Positions 53,811 through 62,781 of a DNA stretch of 64,000 bases are shown here, one piece after another. Each line of letters begins with the position of its first letter. Position 1 is the first letter of the stretch. The translations under genes were made by a program, and so were the position numbers. The stretch is from positions 1 through 64,000 of IMG/VR virus record IMGVR_UViG_3300006133_000004; one strand, 5' to 3'. The stretch is from a virus (Duplodnaviria > Caudoviricetes). The notes beneath the pieces were generated by a model. It had not been told where the DNA came from, made no database searches, and was given only the letters and a program-made list of their open reading frames with translations.

Positions 53811-54596
53811 ATGATCGGTGCAATTATCGGCGACATCGTTGGTTCTCGGTTCGAGCGGGCAAACTGCAAATCTACTAAATTCGAGCTGTTTACAAAAAGA
53901 TGTTCATTTACTGATGACACCGTGATGACGCTTGCGATTGCAAAAGCGCTGCTTGAAAGCGACAATGATTGGAGCAGACTGAGAGAAAATGCCGTGAAGT
54001 GTATGCAGGAAATCGGTAGGAGGTACCCAAACTGCGGATACGGTCAGATGTTCTATCTGTGGCTCCATAAGCGAACCCCAAAGCCCTATAACAGCTTCGG
54101 AAATGGGGCGGCCATGAGAGTAAGTCCGGTAGCATATGTGGCTGAAACAATAGAGCAATGCATCAAGCTTTCCGACATAGTCACCGGAGTTAGTCACAAC
54201 CATCCGGAAGGATTAAAAGGCGCTCAGGCTGCCGCAGTTGCAACCTGGGCTGCATTGCAGGAAATGCCGAAACAGGAAATTCGAGAGTTGATCGAAGATC
54301 GCTTTTACGACCTGAACTTCACGATTGATGAGATACGCCCGAAGTACCGTTTCGATGCATCCTGCCAAGGCAGTGTACCACAAGCAATTAAAGCGTTCCT
54401 GGAATCCGACGACTTTGAGAGCGCGATACGACTTGCTGTCTCTATTGGTGGCGATAGCGACACGATTGCAGCCATTGCGGGAGGAATCGCAGAGGCATAC
54501 TACGGTATCCCGGAACATATCAAAATGCAGGCCATAAAATATTTGACAGAAGATCTACGCGATATCATGGTCGAGTTTGAAGTGGCCTACTATTAA
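53811..54596 (+). CDS. ADP-ribosylglycohydrolase (ARH/DraG family)
   Basis: GAIIGDIVGS, FTDDTVMT, SFGNGAAMR, GGDSDTIAAIAG; GGAGGTG RBS; TTGACA-N18-TATTCT upstream at 53761-53790. Confidence 0.9.
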   Translation: MIGAIIGDIVGSRFERANCKSTKFELFTKRCSFTDDTVMTLAIAKALLESDNDWSRLRENAVKCMQEIGRRYPNCGYGQMFYLWLHKRTPKPYNSFGNGAAMRVSPVAYVAETIEQCIKLSDIVTGVSHNHPEGLKGAQAAAVATWAALQEMPKQEIRELIEDRFYDLNFTIDEIRPKYRFDASCQGSVPQAIKAFLESDDFESAIRLAVSIGGDSDTIAAIAGGIAEAYYGIPEHIKMQAIKYLTEDLRDIMVEFEVAYY

Positions 54597-54665
54597 ACTG
54601 AATGAAACGAGGGTTTCTCTACTTTGAGGAGCCTTCGTTTTATATTTTGAAAGGAGAAAATTTTT

Positions 54666-56711
54666 ATGGAATTCAACAAGTTCAAGAAAGCGATTCAAGA
54701 TCATTTCGCAAAACTGAGCGAGACTGCCGACCATGTCTACGAGGTGGAAGTGGACAAGGATGCGCTGTGGAACCTGTACTTGGACAGCTTCCCCGCTGGA
54801 ACCAACGAAATCTATCGGGAGCGCCGCGAGTACGATTGCAGCTGCTGCCGGCAGTTCATCCGGGCCATCGGCAACGCGGTGTTCATCAAGGACGCCATTA
54901 TCCACACTATTTGGGAGCTTACCGATCTCGGCTCCACGTTCCAACCTGTGGCGGATGCGCTGGATGCCTACATCAAGGCCCACGCGGTTACGGACGTTTA
55001 TATTTCCAAGTTCGCAAAGATCGGCACCAACAAGAACCATGAGCAGCTCTCGGATGGCACTGTGAAGACCTGGGAACATTTCTATCTGGAGCTCCCCTCC
55101 AAGTTCGTCGATAAGAGCCAGCGTTCTGTCGGCGACCTCAAAGGCCCTTTCCGGGATACCAAGAACGTCTTCAAGCGGTCTTTGGAGGAGATTACGGATG
55201 ATGCTGTTGATACCGTGCTGGAGCTGATCGGCCAGAAATCCCTGTATAAAGGCGAGGAATGGCAGCACGCCTTGGAGGAATTCAAGAAGTACAAGGCTAT
55301 GTATGCTGCAACGCCGGAGGAACTCCGGGACAACTTTACCTGGGAGCAGTCCATGAACGCCGGTATGGCAGTCGGTCGAATCCGCAACCACAGCATGGGT
55401 ACTCTCCTGGTCAATATCAGCCAGGGGATGGAACTGGATGAGGCTGTTCACAAATACGAGGTCATCGTGGCCCCGACAAACTACAAGCGGCCCAAGGCAA
55501 TTTACACAAAGAAAATGCTTGAGAATGCGAAGCAGACGATCTCCGACCTTGGATATTTGTCTTCCCTGGGGCGGCGCTTCGCTACTCTGGACGATATTAC
55601 GGTGAACAACATCCTGTTTGCCAACCGCAATGCGGCGCAGCGCATCCGGAGCGGGACTGATATTTTCAGCGAGATGGAGCGGGACATCGCTGTTGACCCG
55701 AAGAAGTTCTCTCGGGTACAGGAGATCTCGATTGAGGGTTTCGTCAAAAGCGTACTCCCGACAGCTACCTCGGTGGAGACTTTGCTGGAGAATCGGCATG
55801 CGGCCAATATGGTCTCGCTGATTGCGCCTGCGGATAAAGATAGCAAAACCATGTTCAAGTGGGCTAATGGCTTCAGCTGGGCATACTCCGGCAACATCAC
55901 TGACAGTGACATCCGCGAGAACGTGAAGATGGCCGGCGGCAAGGTAGATGGTATCCTCCGTTTCTCCATTCAGTGGAACGACGAGGATTTCTGCCCGAAT
56001 GACTATGATGCCCACTGTAGGCTTCCCGACGGCAGGGAGATTTACTTCCATGAAAGGCTGGATCGAGTGACCCTCGGTGAACTGGACATTGATATTATTC
56101 ACCCGCAGAGGGGAACTCCCGCTGTCGAGAACATTGTATGGCCTTCCATGACCAACATGAAGCCGGGGACTTATCTGATGTACGTCCACTGCTACACCAA
56201 CAGCGGTGGTCGGAGCGGCTTCAAGGCTGAGGTGGAGTTCGATGGAACGATTCACTCCTTCGAGTATAAGAAGGAGCTTCGGCGGGACGAAATCGTCAAG
56301 GTAGCTGAGGTTACCTATGACCCGGCCACCGGCTTCACGATTAAGGATCTGATCCCCTCCTCTGTGTCCACACGGGATATTTGGGGGCTCAAGAGCAACC
56401 AGTTCGTTCCCGTCTCTGTTGTCATGTATTCGCCCAACTACTGGGACGAGCAGGACGGCATCGGTCATCGGCACTACTTCTTCATGCTCAAGGACTGTGT
56501 CAATCCCGAGCGGCCCAATGGCTTCTACAACGAGTTCCTGAAGCCTGAGTTGGAGCAACACCGGCGAGTCTTTGAGGCTCTTGGAAGCAAAGCAGCGGTT
56601 CAGGATGTGGAAGATCAGCTCTCCGGGCTGGGCTTCTCTGCTACGAAGCGGAACAGCCTGTTGGTCAAGGTGAAAGGCGCCACTGAGCGCATTCTCAAAA
56701 TCACATTTTAA
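54666..56711 (+). CDS. Large hypothetical protein with YDCSCC motif and YfaP-like C-terminal region
   Basis: 681 aa; RFSIQWN...DYDAHC...LDIDI pattern; AAAGGAG RBS. Confidence 0.75.
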   Translation: MEFNKFKKAIQDHFAKLSETADHVYEVEVDKDALWNLYLDSFPAGTNEIYRERREYDCSCCRQFIRAIGNAVFIKDAIIHTIWELTDLGSTFQPVADALDAYIKAHAVTDVYISKFAKIGTNKNHEQLSDGTVKTWEHFYLELPSKFVDKSQRSVGDLKGPFRDTKNVFKRSLEEITDDAVDTVLELIGQKSLYKGEEWQHALEEFKKYKAMYAATPEELRDNFTWEQSMNAGMAVGRIRNHSMGTLLVNISQGMELDEAVHKYEVIVAPTNYKRPKAIYTKKMLENAKQTISDLGYLSSLGRRFATLDDITVNNILFANRNAAQRIRSGTDIFSEMERDIAVDPKKFSRVQEISIEGFVKSVLPTATSVETLLENRHAANMVSLIAPADKDSKTMFKWANGFSWAYSGNITDSDIRENVKMAGGKVDGILRFSIQWNDEDFCPNDYDAHCRLPDGREIYFHERLDRVTLGELDIDIIHPQRGTPAVENIVWPSMTNMKPGTYLMYVHCYTNSGGRSGFKAEVEFDGTIHSFEYKKELRRDEIVKVAEVTYDPATGFTIKDLIPSSVSTRDIWGLKSNQFVPVSVVMYSPNYWDEQDGIGHRHYFFMLKDCVNPERPNGFYNEFLKPELEQHRRVFEALGSKAAVQDVEDQLSGLGFSATKRNSLLVKVKGATERILKITF

Positions 56712-56725
56712 GGAGGACATGTAAA

Positions 56726-57112
56726 ATGGATGCTAACAAAATGTTCGAGGTTGCGGTTCGCAACAAGTTCCGGTATCCCTACAAGGGCGTCATCGCCACC
56801 GAGGACCTCTGGGATCTGCCTGTCCAGCAGTTGGACGGCATCTTCAAGACGCTTAAGTCCCAGGAGAAGAAGGCGCAGGAGGAGAGCCTTCTGGACACCC
56901 GCACTCCGGAGGATGAGATCCTGACGGCTAAGATCGAGATCATCAAGTACATCGTCAACACCAAGCTGGAGGAGGCCAAGCAGGCCGAGCGCGCCAAGGA
57001 AGCGCACGACCAGAAGCAGAAAATCCTCGGCATCCTCGCTGAGAAGCAGGATGAGGATCTGCGCAACAAAACTCCTGAAGAGCTCATCGCCATGCTGAAT
57101 CAGTTCGGCTAA
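56726..57112 (+). CDS. Helical partner protein of 54666-56711
   Basis: AAGGAGG RBS; KFRYPYKG.I..EDLWDL; followed by a terminator. Confidence 0.75.
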   Translation: MDANKMFEVAVRNKFRYPYKGVIATEDLWDLPVQQLDGIFKTLKSQEKKAQEESLLDTRTPEDEILTAKIEIIKYIVNTKLEEAKQAERAKEAHDQKQKILGILAEKQDEDLRNKTPEELIAMLNQFG

Positions 57113-57180
57113 GCGGCAACGGGAGGGCCTGCGGAAACGTAGGCTCTCCCAAATTATATTTTAGAAAGGAGAAAACTTCC

Positions 57181-57453
57181 ATGATCGATATTAAAGGATT
57201 GGACAAAGCTGAGGTTTTGAAAGCTTTGTATGATAGCTCCCATGTTCAGGGAATGGGTTTCCTTCAGACTGTTCCGGAAGGAACAGTTACTGTACAGCAC
57301 TGCCGCGAGTTGCTTAAGCATGGCACCTACTTCGACTACTTGTACGGACGGATTCTCAAGGTTGACCTCTCCGGCGATGAGTTCGACGAGCGGCTCTATG
57401 AGCGTGATAATGGCCGTGATTCGGCTGCCAGAGCCATTTCTTTCTTAAAGTAG
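57181..57453 (+). CDS. Conserved-type hypothetical protein
   Basis: IDIKGLDKAEVLKALY...FDYLYGRILKVDLSGDE. Confidence 0.72.
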   Translation: MIDIKGLDKAEVLKALYDSSHVQGMGFLQTVPEGTVTVQHCRELLKHGTYFDYLYGRILKVDLSGDEFDERLYERDNGRDSAARAISFLK

Positions 57454-57463
57454 GGAGGTCTAT

Positions 57464-58336
57464 ATGGATATTTTGATTGGAAAACGTCAGCAGGGCAAGA
57501 CGACTCGCCTGATTGAATTGTCGGCCGCCGGCAAAGGTACCATCGTGGCCCCGACCGAGCAGAGCGCTGAATACATTAAGGAACAGGCCAAGGCGATGAA
57601 GCTGAACATTCCGGAGCCTATCAGTTGGAACCGATTGACCGAAATCGGCGGAGGTGGATATGGGGGCGGCCCCTACCTTCTCGATGAACTTGGTGGGGTT
57701 CTCGGTTGGCTCAACATTAAAACCGCAACTCTCGGCGACGAGAGTTGCATCGAGTATCTGAGCGGAGGGCCGCTGCACTACGGGGATGAACTGACTGCAA
57801 AAATCCGGGAAAACACAAAGGATCTCAGCAAACTTTCCGATTTTGACAAGTTCGTCCTCAATAACGGTTATCGGTATGAGACTCAGGAGGCATTGCAAGC
57901 CGGATACGAGCGGCACTGGAAAGCGGCCCATGATATTTTGGTGTCCATGGATGAGTTCCTGGCTGAAGCCGAAAAGAAACAAAGTGATCCGGCCGCAGAT
58001 GTATATGAGATACTCACAGGCCTCGTTGAAACGAAGAAACTCCGCCCAGGTGAAGTTCTTAACTATGCGCACTTCCACTGGTGTCTTGATACCCCGGAAG
58101 CGATTGTTGCCTGGCAGACCGGACGGGATAAATGGACTGTAAACAACTGCGACACCGAGATAACTGAGGAAGCAGCTCTTATCAAAATCTGTGAGGAATG
58201 GGGATTTGAGACCGGGCGGACTCATATCATCGGCACGCCCTACTATGACGCGACCGATTATCAGTTCATCCGCTTCAACTGCGCTCATATGGCTTGGCTC
58301 TGGCAGAACGGCAATCTCCTTCAGGTGTACTGCTAA
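57464..58336 (+). CDS. Hypothetical fusion protein with N-terminal P-loop-like segment
   Basis: GKRQQGKTT; GGAGG RBS. Confidence 0.65.
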   Translation: MDILIGKRQQGKTTRLIELSAAGKGTIVAPTEQSAEYIKEQAKAMKLNIPEPISWNRLTEIGGGGYGGGPYLLDELGGVLGWLNIKTATLGDESCIEYLSGGPLHYGDELTAKIRENTKDLSKLSDFDKFVLNNGYRYETQEALQAGYERHWKAAHDILVSMDEFLAEAEKKQSDPAADVYEILTGLVETKKLRPGEVLNYAHFHWCLDTPEAIVAWQTGRDKWTVNNCDTEITEEAALIKICEEWGFETGRTHIIGTPYYDATDYQFIRFNCAHMAWLWQNGNLLQVYC

Positions 58337-58347
58337 GAGGTGGCTTG

Positions 58348-58644
58348 ATGTTGTTCAGAAGAAAAAACCCTGAAAGCAAGGACATCCGCAAATTTGTTGA
58401 TATTCTGTATCAATTTGAAAAAGAGCATCCCGATGAACTATGTCCTCCTGAGACAGATCCTCAGCTGGTCGTAAACTGTCTTTGTGATGTGTTTTTGGGA
58501 GCAGATTGGTACACCGCCATGCCTATGAACACAAAACAGGTCAACACTATCATTCTTGATAATATTCTCCGAATGCACAGCAAAGAATTCCGGAAGATGG
58601 TGAAAGAGAAACAGAAAGAATGGAGGAACTCGAATGCCTCATGA
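58348..58644 (+). CDS. Hypothetical protein
   Basis: GAGGTG RBS. Confidence 0.6.
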   Translation: MLFRRKNPESKDIRKFVDILYQFEKEHPDELCPPETDPQLVVNCLCDVFLGADWYTAMPMNTKQVNTIILDNILRMHSKEFRKMVKEKQKEWRNSNAS

Positions 58645-58936
58645 TTTTTCATGGAAACGGATACCCCCAAGGGTGCAGGAATATTTTGTCGAGCTTTTGG
58701 GTTCTAAAAAGGCAAAAGCCCTTACTACGGCTATGAGACGGCGTCAATGGATTGTCATAGGTGGACCTTCTGGACCCACGGGGAAATCAACTCTCGCCGA
58801 TGTATTGCGTTCAATCGGCTATACCCGGGTAATCGAGGAATGGGAATCTACATCCATTCAAATTTGCGATCCTTTGACGGAACTCCGAGAGAAGAGCGAA
58901 ATATTTGAATCGCTCGGGATCGACTGGAAATGTTGA
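58634..58936 (+). CDS. Small protein with P-loop-like motif
   Basis: IGGPSGPTGKST; GGAGG RBS. Confidence 0.55.
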   Translation: MPHDFSWKRIPPRVQEYFVELLGSKKAKALTTAMRRRQWIVIGGPSGPTGKSTLADVLRSIGYTRVIEEWESTSIQICDPLTELREKSEIFESLGIDWKC

Positions 58937-59153
58937 AATAGGTTTGCCCATCACGTTGCACGGCTTGATAACCGCAGTCCTTCATGGCGCGAATTACATC
59001 ATGCTCTGTAACATAGAACCCTTTATCGTAAAGACGCTCAAATATGCCGTGAATTGTGTATGCACATACTTCTTCGTTGATACTTTTGATCGGCGTAAAA
59101 TTTCTTTCTGCCCAACTGAGAAGAACATTATATTCTTCGTTTGTAAGTTGCAT
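58848..59153 (-). CDS. Counter-oriented winged-helix-like protein (moron)
   Basis: GGAGGTG RBS; minus-strand promoter TTTCAA-N17-TATACT with TG extension at 59178-59206. Confidence 0.65.
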   Translation of the reverse strand: MQLTNEEYNVLLSWAERNFTPIKSINEEVCAYTIHGIFERLYDKGFYVTEHDVIRAMKDCGYQAVQRDGQTYFNISSRSRAIQIFRSSLGVPSKDRKFEWM

Positions 59154-59217
59154 ATTCGACACCTCCAATACCTGGAGAGTATAGCACGTTTTCCAGCAAA
59201 TTGAAAGGAGAAAAAAC

Positions 59218-60267
59218 ATGGAACTGAAACAATTCTGCAAAGATAACAACATCCCGCTGGAAAAGCTGGGTGACATCGGTGAGGTGAGCGACGGCTTTCA
59301 CACCTTTAACTCCCTCTACCACCAGCGGCTGATTCTGTCTGCCGCCCTGGTCAACGCCTTCCCGCATCTGGCTTGGAAGTCCCACAAGCACCATGATGGT
59401 GAGCCCCCATTCGGTGGCGGCTGGTTTGTCGTCGGCATCAATACACCGAAGGGCCAGTACACCTACCACTATGAGGATAAGGATTGGGATATTTTCCGCT
59501 GCCAGGAGCTGGAGAAGGCCCCTGAGTGGGACAGCCATACCGACAAGGATGTCGAAAGGCTGTTGTCGCTGACTCCCGATCCGGAAAAGGACACGATGTC
59601 CAGCTGGGCCGCTAAGGAAATTGAGCTGGCTATTCAGGCTGAAAAGGAAGCCTCTGATGGTACGGATGACTGGAATTATGGTGCTGCGTGTTATAAGAGT
59701 GCGTTTCGGGCATTCAACAGCCTGTCCAGTGATGGTCACTCTGGCTTCAGCATCCAGATGACTAAGAGCATCCTCAACCGCCTGATTGATGGGCGCTGCC
59801 TTACTCCCATCGAGGACACGCCTGATATTTGGACGAATATCTCGGAGATTTTCTCCAAAGGCAGTAAGACCAAGCGTTACCAGTGCAAACGGATGTCTTC
59901 CCTCTTCAAAGAGGTGGCGGAGGATGGCACCGTGACCATAAGCGACGCCAACCGTGTCTGCGGGGTGAATGTGAATAACCCTGATGTGACGTTTACGAAT
60001 GGATTCCTCACCCGGCTGATCGACAAGATATTTCCGATCACCCTGCCCTACCTCCCGTCCAGCAAAAAGTTCAAGGTCGTGGTGGATGACTTCCTCGTTG
60101 ACCCCAAGAACGGCGACTATGACACCATCGGCTATCTCTACTTTACTACGCCGGATGGCAGAAAGGTGGAGCTGAACCGCTACTTCAAGGAAGTCGACGG
60201 CCAGATGGTTCAGATCGAGAAGGCAGAGTTCGATGAGCGGAAGGATAAGCGGGTGGATAAGAAATGA
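59218..60267 (+). CDS. Two-domain hypothetical protein (WDGH-like N-terminus)
   Basis: DGFHTFNSLY...GQYTYHY...EWDSHT; C-terminal GHSGFS...LTPIED. Confidence 0.72.
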   Translation: MELKQFCKDNNIPLEKLGDIGEVSDGFHTFNSLYHQRLILSAALVNAFPHLAWKSHKHHDGEPPFGGGWFVVGINTPKGQYTYHYEDKDWDIFRCQELEKAPEWDSHTDKDVERLLSLTPDPEKDTMSSWAAKEIELAIQAEKEASDGTDDWNYGAACYKSAFRAFNSLSSDGHSGFSIQMTKSILNRLIDGRCLTPIEDTPDIWTNISEIFSKGSKTKRYQCKRMSSLFKEVAEDGTVTISDANRVCGVNVNNPDVTFTNGFLTRLIDKIFPITLPYLPSSKKFKVVVDDFLVDPKNGDYDTIGYLYFTTPDGRKVELNRYFKEVDGQMVQIEKAEFDERKDKRVDKK

Positions 60268-60617
60268 GAGTGCTCGACAGCGAGAAAGCCATAGCCCTTC
60301 TTGAGAGGGCAAAGAAGCTTCTCCCCGGAAACGATGGAATACTCCCTCAAAAATACCTTTCCAAAGATGGTATGGATGCGATCATTCAAGGTTTGCGTGA
60401 ACATACAGTAGACCTTGATATTTTGGCCAACACGATTGGCTTGGCAGGTAAAAAGAAAGATTCCGATACCCTTCTGACTGGTTTTGACCATGCGCATGGT
60501 GATATTGCTGTTCTCATCATCGGACGTAAGGAATCCGATGGTAAAGTCCAAATCGTCAATCAGTTCCAAGGCAAGGAGGCCGAGGAGTTGTATGAAAGGT
60601 TGGTGGAGAAGAAATGA
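60264..60617 (+). CDS. Hypothetical protein
   Basis: ATGA-coupled ORF. Confidence 0.62.
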   Translation: MRVLDSEKAIALLERAKKLLPGNDGILPQKYLSKDGMDAIIQGLREHTVDLDILANTIGLAGKKKDSDTLLTGFDHAHGDIAVLIIGRKESDGKVQIVNQFQGKEAEELYERLVEKK

Positions 60618-60974
60618 GCTTTATTCACCTTTGGAAAGCTGAGTAAGTTGCCTTCCAATGTCGTTCCTATCTCCATATGTGGCAAAGCACCTGACTGGTA
60701 CACGGGGTTACAGTATAAAAAGCTGGCCCCAAAGTACCAGTTTTTCATGGAATGGAAACGGACGCATGACAACGCCTATTACGTTGAGCACTTCGAGCAA
60801 GAGGTGTTGGTGCAACTGAATGCCGACACGGTGTTTAAGGAGCTCTCGGCGTTGTCGGGCGGGCAAACCTTTGCTCTGATCTGCTACGAACGGCCAAGCG
60901 ACTTCTGTCACCGACATCTCGTGGCGGAGTGGTTCTGTAAGAACGGCTACCGCTGCGAAGAAATTGATATTTGA
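60614..60974 (+). pseudogene. DUF488-like protein with disrupted 5' end
   Basis: KLAP...LICYE.P.DFCHRHLVAEW motif. The coupled ATG at 60614 is out of frame; the conserved frame opens only at 60618 (TTG at 60648 has no RBS). Confidence 0.55.
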
Positions 60975-60986
60975 AAGGAGAAATCA

Positions 60987-61376
60987 ATGCATACGTTGGA
61001 TGAACTGATTGCGGCTGGATATTCCATCCAAAACGCCAAGATCACGAATGTTTCGCTCAATATGGAAGACTACGGATGCCTGACGCTCGCTATGACCCTG
61101 GAAGGCGGCGGTTGGGGCGTTGTTTATGGTGGCTATTGCCTGGGTAAGGGCTACCTTGGCGCAGAAGAGTTTGAAGGCTCTGCCAGGGGGATGGAAGCTA
61201 TCATGCGGATCATGAACACAGTCGGTGTATCTGACCTTCTCAAAATGAAGGATAAGTATGTCAGGGTGGCCACCAAGGGCCTGGGCTCTACGGTGAAGAT
61301 CATCGGCAACATCATCAATGATATTTGGTTCGACTACGAAGCCTTCTTCAATGAGAACGGGGGGGGGAGGCAATGA
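60987..61376 (+). CDS. Hypothetical protein
   Basis: AAAGGAG RBS; YGCLT...GGGWGVVYGGY. Confidence 0.72.
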   Translation: MHTLDELIAAGYSIQNAKITNVSLNMEDYGCLTLAMTLEGGGWGVVYGGYCLGKGYLGAEEFEGSARGMEAIMRIMNTVGVSDLLKMKDKYVRVATKGLGSTVKIIGNIINDIWFDYEAFFNENGGGRQ

Positions 61377-61897
61377 GGCCAAAAATCATCGCCGTTGACT
61401 TTGACGGCACATTGATTGAGGAAGGTAAGTGGCCTGGAATCGGGGCTACGAACGAAAAAGTCCTCAACTACTGCAAAGATGAACAGGCAAAGGGCGCCCG
61501 CATAATTCTCTGGACGAACCGTGTTGGCGAGCCTCTCGAAACTGCGGTCAAGTGGTGCGAGAAACACGGCCTGCGGCTGGACGCGGTCAATGACAATGTC
61601 CCCGAGGCTGTCGAGTTCTTCGGAACGAATACCCGGAAAATCTATGCGGACGAGTTCATTGATGACCGAATGACTCAGGGTTTCAATCTCCCCTATTATG
61701 GTGAGCCCAAAATCAAGGAGCTGACAGATGAGGAGCTCATTGTTCTCTATCGAGAGAAATATTTCGATGAGCATGATCCCATCATTAACTACTGGCCGCA
61801 TGAAACCATCCCTCACACTATTGTGGTGGAGCACCATAGCGGGTTTGAGAGGACATTCAATGTCTTTGAGTATCCTGTGGGTAAGAGGGATCAGTGA
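61373..61897 (+). CDS. HAD-superfamily hydrolase-like protein
   Basis: IIAVDFDGTL, LWTNR, KIYADEFIDDR. Confidence 0.8.
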   Translation: MRPKIIAVDFDGTLIEEGKWPGIGATNEKVLNYCKDEQAKGARIILWTNRVGEPLETAVKWCEKHGLRLDAVNDNVPEAVEFFGTNTRKIYADEFIDDRMTQGFNLPYYGEPKIKELTDEELIVLYREKYFDEHDPIINYWPHETIPHTIVVEHHSGFERTFNVFEYPVGKRDQ

Positions 61898-62328
61898 TGT
61901 GTGAATTCTGTATGCGTCATGCAGGAAATGGGCAAGAGTGCGGAAAGGACTACACGATTCACCCCTGTGCGAATGGCGATCTTGGGGTTCGAGCAGAGTA
62001 CATTGATGGCGGAATTGTCCTGTTCAAAGACCATAACATGGCCAGTGGATATTTTGACATCAACTACTGCCCTATCTGCGGACGACGGATTGCCAAGGAG
62101 ACTGATTCTGAACCGGTTCCTGTCCAGAAAGTTCTTGAAGATATGTATAACCCTGATGGCGGACTTGTAGCATTAGCTGCCAGGGATTACTACTATCAGA
62201 ACTATGCCAATGAGAAAGAGCGTAAAAGCATGGATCGAGAAGACAAGATTCAAACAGCGGTCGCAATTATATTCATGATCGTCTTCTGGACAGCCGTCGG
62301 TTTTGCTGTCATAAAATCGTTCATCTAA
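61897..62328 (+). CDS. Cys-rich protein with C-terminal TM helix
   Basis: CEFC...INYCPICGR; C-terminal hydrophobic helix. Confidence 0.65.
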   Translation: MCEFCMRHAGNGQECGKDYTIHPCANGDLGVRAEYIDGGIVLFKDHNMASGYFDINYCPICGRRIAKETDSEPVPVQKVLEDMYNPDGGLVALAARDYYYQNYANEKERKSMDREDKIQTAVAIIFMIVFWTAVGFAVIKSFI

Positions 62329-62330
62329 AG

Positions 62331-62492
62331 CATATGCGGTGGTGGAATAGGTAGACACTAATGTCAGATAGGATGGCCTATCGGTTCGATTCCGACGGCT
62401 CTTAACCACGGTGAAATAGCCGACAGAGCAGGGGCTGATTTGGTACAAGGGAGTGGACGTCTATGCAAGGTGCAAATCCTTGCCCGCATATG
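62331..62492 (+). ncRNA. 162-nt tRNA-shaped RNA with a ~90-nt insertion in the anticodon arm
   Basis: 9-bp acceptor-like stem CATATGCGG/CCGCATATG; D-arm GTG-GAATAGGTAGA-CAC; T-arm GCAAGG-TGCAAAT-CCTTGC; internal second T-like arm TCGG-TTCGATT-CCGA. Confidence 0.75.
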
Positions 62493-62520
62493 TATGATAT
62501 TTTGAAAGGAGAACTTCCAA

Positions 62521-62781
62521 ATGAAGAAAAAGCTGTTTGCGGCCATCCTCGCTCTGGGGATGGCCCTTTCTCTGGCCGGATGTGGAAACCGCCAGATGAT
62601 CGATCTCACCTATAACTACAAATACGCCATCATCAACTTGCTCAACGGCGAAATCATCGAGGGTAAGGTTGAGTCCTGGCGGGACTATGAGGACGGCGAC
62701 CAGATTCAGGTTACTGTTGACGGTGTGACCTATCTTGTTCATGCCGCAGATGCTGTCCTGATGACGGAGGAGCCGAAGTGA
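62521..62781 (+). CDS. Lipoprotein
   Basis: Signal peptide with lipobox LAGC. Confidence 0.8.
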   Translation: MKKKLFAAILALGMALSLAGCGNRQMIDLTYNYKYAIINLLNGEIIEGKVESWRDYEDGDQIQVTVDGVTYLVHAADAVLMTEEPK

